The position numbers were made by a program, and so were the translations under genes. Shown here one piece after another: positions 60,376 to 64,000 of a stretch of DNA of 64,000 nt. A model generated the notes under the pieces. The model saw only the letters and a program-made list of their open reading frames with translations, ran no database searches and was not told where the DNA came from. The DNA is from Candidatus Microgenomates bacterium (GTDB lineage Bacteria > Patescibacteriota > Microgenomatia > JACQLA01). The stretch's first letter is position 1. Each line of letters starts with the position of its first letter. The stretch spans positions 184,088-248,087 of the forward strand of contig JACQLA010000003.1 of assembly GCA_016204255.1 (NCBI GenBank), written 5' to 3'.

Positions 60376-60783
60376 ACGTCTAAAAAACTGATTATCAAGA
60401 CCGGTAAAGCAAGAGAGATTATCGATATCACGGATAAAGTGAATGCTTTACTTAAAACACATCCTACAAAAAATGGTTTGTGCCATTTGTTTTTAACTCA
60501 TACCACCGCTGGACTTACAACCGCCTATCTAAATCCCGAATCTGAACTAGATCTGATTGGTGCTTTTGATGTGCCGGTACCAAGATTTAATGAGGTTCAA
60601 TCAAAACACGAGCATACCCATTTTATAAGCCACCTTCCCGACCATATTATTGCCTCTTTCCTTGGAGCATCTTTGGCGATACCGATTAAGCGAGGGAAAC
60701 TTTTACTTGGGGATTTACAAAGAGTTGTTTTGGTGGAGTTAAACGGACCTAAGGAACGCGAAATTATCATGCATTGCTCTTAG
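60376..60783 (+). CDS. YjbQ/UPF0047 family protein; family-like sequence extends upstream to an ACG codon
   Basis: EIIDIT, HTTAGL, HI.AS.LG, LGDLQ, ELNGPKER. Confidence 0.8.
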   Translation, partial: TSKKLIIKTGKAREIIDITDKVNALLKTHPTKNGLCHLFLTHTTAGLTTAYLNPESELDLIGAFDVPVPRFNEVQSKHEHTHFISHLPDHIIASFLGASLAIPIKRGKLLLGDLQRVVLVELNGPKEREIIMHCS

Positions 60784-60827
60784 ACTAAGAGAATCTTTGA
60801 GGCTTTCCAGCAATTTTTTTAAAAAAA

Positions 60828-61973
60828 TCATGTTCCAATCAAGAATTCAACCACATCCCCGTCTTTCATTTCATAATCCCGGCCTTCGGAGCGCAACCAA
60901 CCTTTTTGCTTAGCCAAAGCAAAAGACCCTGTCTCGATTATTTTTCCATATTCAATCACCTGTGCCCGGATGAACTTTTTCTCAAAATCGGTGTGAATCA
61001 CTCCGGCCGCTTGCGGCGCCAAAGTTCCCTTTTTGATTGTCCAAGCCCGCACCTCTTTTTTACCCGCCGTAAGATAGGAAATCAGACCCAATAAATTGTA
61101 GGCTTTAACGATTAACCGTTCCAAACCGGTTTTCTCTCCGCCAGCTGGCGGACCTAATGATTTTAGATACTCCGATCTTTCCTCATCCGAATAATCCGCC
61201 AGCTCCTCTTCCAACTTCGCGCAAATGGCAACAACGTTGTCATCCTGAGCGAGCGAAGCGAGTCGAAGGATCTCCTCAGCATATTCCTTTTCACCAACAT
61301 TAAAAACATAAAGAATAGGCTTGATACTCAATAGCGGTAAATGTTCAAACCAGTCTTTTAATCGTTCGTCTCGAAGACTCTGAGTAGAATCGAAGGGCTC
61401 GACTTTAAATTTTCCCAAACTTCCGCCGCTATCCAAAGTTTTTTTCAACTCATTTAAAACATCTACTTTTTTAAATTCCAGCGGATCTTTACTGGTTTTG
61501 GCATTTTTTTTCTGACCCGCAATCATTTTTTCCAGAGTCTGCAAATCCGCCAAACCCAATTCTGTTTCAATTGTTTCCCTATCGGCTTTTGGATTCTCAC
61601 TGCCCTCGCGGATCACATTCGGGTCTTCAAAATCGCGCAAAACATGGACAATTGCGTCAACCTCACGGATGTGAGACAAAAACTGATTACCTAAACCCGC
61701 TCCTTTATGTGCCCCTTTAACCAAACCGGCAATATCGACAAACTCAACAACCGCCGGCACAAGCGGCGGTAAACTCTCCATCTTTTCTTCATTTTTAACC
61801 AAACCGGCTAGTTTGTTTAGCCGCTCATCCGGCACGGCGACCACGCCAACATTTGGCTCAACGGTCGCAAAAGGATAATTGGCCGAAAGAGCCACACGCT
61901 TTTTCAAAAGCGCATTAAACAGGGTCGATTTCCCCACATTGGGAAGACCGATAATTCCAACTGATAAACTCAT
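60828..61973 (-). CDS. ychF: Ribosome-binding ATPase YchF
   Basis: [48 protein letters not shown]. Confidence 0.95.
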   Translation of the reverse strand: MSLSVGIIGLPNVGKSTLFNALLKKRVALSANYPFATVEPNVGVVAVPDERLNKLAGLVKNEEKMESLPPLVPAVVEFVDIAGLVKGAHKGAGLGNQFLSHIREVDAIVHVLRDFEDPNVIREGSENPKADRETIETELGLADLQTLEKMIAGQKKNAKTSKDPLEFKKVDVLNELKKTLDSGGSLGKFKVEPFDSTQSLRDERLKDWFEHLPLLSIKPILYVFNVGEKEYAEEILRLASLAQDDNVVAICAKLEEELADYSDEERSEYLKSLGPPAGGEKTGLERLIVKAYNLLGLISYLTAGKKEVRAWTIKKGTLAPQAAGVIHTDFEKKFIRAQVIEYGKIIETGSFALAKQKGWLRSEGRDYEMKDGDVVEFLIGT

Positions 61974-62021
61974 ATTTCACTATATATTATCGCAAATAGG
62001 GTCAGGCAAAGTAAATTAAAA

Positions 62022-62050
62022 ACCTCACCGGGCTTGCGCACTAGGTGAGG
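62022..62050. terminator. Possible terminator hairpin
   Basis: cctcacc...ggtgagg with an A-run on the left (U-tract on the minus strand). Confidence 0.45.
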
Positions 62051-62111
62051 CGTTTATATTATTATAGACTAACAAATTTCTAAAATCAAATTAGCGTTAC
62101 GTAAGAAAAGC

Positions 62112-62702
62112 CTAGAGAAGCATTAAGAAACCCCCGAATTTCCCTATAAGTAAAAGTATAAAGCTATAATCAAAAAAAGATAGTATTATCAACACCAATG
62201 ATATTCCGAGTAGAGTTCTCAATCTATCCAAACTTTTATCCGGCTTCTCCTCCGCCTTTATAGTATCTAGCTTATTTTTCACCTGTTCCTCGTCTACCTC
62301 TAATAAATGATTTATATTCCCATCTTCAAACGTTTTATTAATCCTGCTAATATTTTCTATCACAATCTCAGAATATACCTTCAACTGTTGATCGAGAGAA
62401 TTTACCTCTTTAGGAATAATCTCTGACAAATGATAAACAGCGTATAATATTGTCAAAAATAGAAAAAATAGGGCTGTATAAGCGAGTGGTTTTGTTTGAA
62501 TAAGGCTGGTATTTAATGTTGGTATTGTAAACGAAGCAATCGCTCCAGCAATTATTGTTATATCTCTTGTCAAACCTCTTATCTGTTTTATTCCCTCTGC
62601 AAGCAAAGGAACAATATCAGAATAAATTTGCCTGTGCAATCCCCAAGTCTCATCCTTATATTCTTTTAGCGTTCTAAATTGTTTATCTGATAAATTAAGC
62701 AT
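62112..62702 (-). CDS. Hypothetical membrane protein (AT-rich)
   Basis: 196-aa ORF with 3-4 hydrophobic segments. Confidence 0.6.
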   Translation of the reverse strand: MLNLSDKQFRTLKEYKDETWGLHRQIYSDIVPLLAEGIKQIRGLTRDITIIAGAIASFTIPTLNTSLIQTKPLAYTALFFLFLTILYAVYHLSEIIPKEVNSLDQQLKVYSEIVIENISRINKTFEDGNINHLLEVDEEQVKNKLDTIKAEEKPDKSLDRLRTLLGISLVLIILSFFDYSFILLLIGKFGGFLMLL

Positions 62703-62726
62703 AGTCAGACTATTTTCAAGCTAATT

Positions 62727-63233
62727 TTAGGACTTTTGGGAATCATAGTTCTCAAAGATCTCCTTTATGATTTCTTCTATATCTCTGTGTGCCTTATTCA
62801 CCTCATCAAATGTGTTTATGTTGAAGGGTTTAAAAATACCCTTAATATTATGATTGTTGATCCTTTCAATCTGTTTATCAAAAAGTTCGTCAGGAATTCG
62901 GGCTGTTCTATTTCTCCATGCTTCTTTAGCTAAATTTCGATCTCCATCTAGCCAAAACATTTTTGCGCCAAGATGCTGTAATCTTAATAAAAGAAAATCG
63001 TGTGCGATAGGATAAAATCCCCACGTTATTACCGCATCTTTTCCATGGATGTTAATTTCTTGCATTAACTGATCTGGATTAAGACTGGTTTGATGAAACT
63101 GAATAAACTCAGGAGAAGAATTTATTCCTGGATCCTCAAGGTCTATGTGGTAAAAATCATGGGTATCTTTTAGGTGGTTGCCAATTCTTGTTTTACCAGT
63201 TCCTGGAACTCCCGTCAGAAGAATAATTTTCAT
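62727..63233 (-). CDS. Small P-loop nucleotide kinase-like protein
   Basis: ILLTGVPGTGKT, HIDLE, lid-like helix. Confidence 0.7.
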   Translation of the reverse strand: MKIILLTGVPGTGKTRIGNHLKDTHDFYHIDLEDPGINSSPEFIQFHQTSLNPDQLMQEINIHGKDAVITWGFYPIAHDFLLLRLQHLGAKMFWLDGDRNLAKEAWRNRTARIPDELFDKQIERINNHNIKGIFKPFNINTFDEVNKAHRDIEEIIKEIFENYDSQKS

Positions 63234-63316
63234 AGTGCAAATTTTACACTTCAGTTACACTGAATGCAATTACTACAATGGGGGATCAGTAAAGACACAG
63301 CTTTGGGAAATTTCGG

Positions 63317-64000
63317 CTAGTTTTCGAGGAAATTTTTGATAACTTTTACCATGTTTTCAAATTGAATAAAGGGCGTGAGATGGCCTGTTTCATGGAAAAT
63401 ATAAACTTTGGCTTGAGGGTATAATTTTTTAAGCATCCCTTCATCCTTTGCTAGCGGATCATTGTCGGTTTTAAGAATTAATATTTTCCCTCGCCAATTT
63501 TTAAAATCATCCGCGGAAAAGTTTTTTTCTGCTTCCCTCAGGTCCATCCCAATTTTGTAGAAGGATTCCAAGAACTCCCTATTCCAGAAACTGTAGGAAA
63601 GCTCTTTTAAATATTCCCGGCGTCTTTCTAAATTTTCCGGCGTGGAATATTTTTGGTATAGAGATAAAATATTTGCTTTACCTACTTGGAATCGACCTAC
63701 AAATTTCACGGAGAGATACTGTAGTAAATTAAGCGGTAAGATAGGAAGAAAAAAATGTAAAATCTTACCTGGGATGATTACCTTTTTAATAATAGTTGGA
63801 GATTTTGTGCTACCAGAATGAGAAATAATTACCCGGGAAATTAAATCACGATGACGTCTAAGGTAATGCTGGGTCAAAAGGCCACCTAAAGACAAACCAT
63901 AGATAATGATGTTTTTAACTTTTTCTTTTTTAAGAATTTGATCTACATACTCAAAAAATTCTTCTAAACCAGCTAAACCAGAAATATTAATAGCAACTAC
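63317..64000 (-). CDS. Alpha/beta hydrolase (5' end beyond window)
   Basis: Nucleophile elbow YGLSLGG, acid NDPL, catalytic GH. Confidence 0.75.
   Translation of the reverse strand, partial: VVAINISGLAGLEEFFEYVDQILKKEKVKNIIIYGLSLGGLLTQHYLRRHRDLISRVIISHSGSTKSPTIIKKVIIPGKILHFFLPILPLNLLQYLSVKFVGRFQVGKANILSLYQKYSTPENLERRREYLKELSYSFWNREFLESFYKIGMDLREAEKNFSADDFKNWRGKILILKTDNDPLAKDEGMLKKLYPQAKVYIFHETGHLTPFIQFENMVKVIKNFLEN

Overview
Bacterial chromosomal segment. A Patescibacteria/CPR (Microgenomates-like) source is inferred from the N-terminally shortened RF1, the gene set and the abundant small palindromic repeats. The housekeeping backbone includes gyrB, hppA, gyrA, folD, a Xer recombinase, ruvC, yebC, rluA, lgt, efp, pepA, tRNA-Leu(CAA), dnaB, hisS, rpmE, prfA, htrA, ctpA, rpsR-ssb-rpsF, hsp20 and ychF. 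Accessory material interrupts it: (1) a partial purine cluster with archaeal-type enzymes (two PurP paralogues, class II PurE-PurC fusion, archaeal-type HAD next to purD), split by an AT-rich DUF3467/antitoxin/RelE-like trio; (2) many sensor-less regulators (three tandem double-LuxR proteins, a receiver-less OmpR-type protein, four sigma-70-family proteins), many with a short M-x(1-5)-E-[R/G/Q/K] N-terminus; (3) a xer gene whose 3' end is duplicated around an M23 gene, with a dif-like palindrome and DnaA-like boxes in a 1.46 kb gene-free gap nearby; (4) a Trp-His-His leader attenuator before hisC/hisS; (5) CIRCE, a long stem-loop and an anti-SD before hsp20; (6) REP-like palindromes inserted in frame in several enzymes. 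No CRISPR array, rRNA or transposase was seen. All assignments come from reading motifs by eye; no database search was run.
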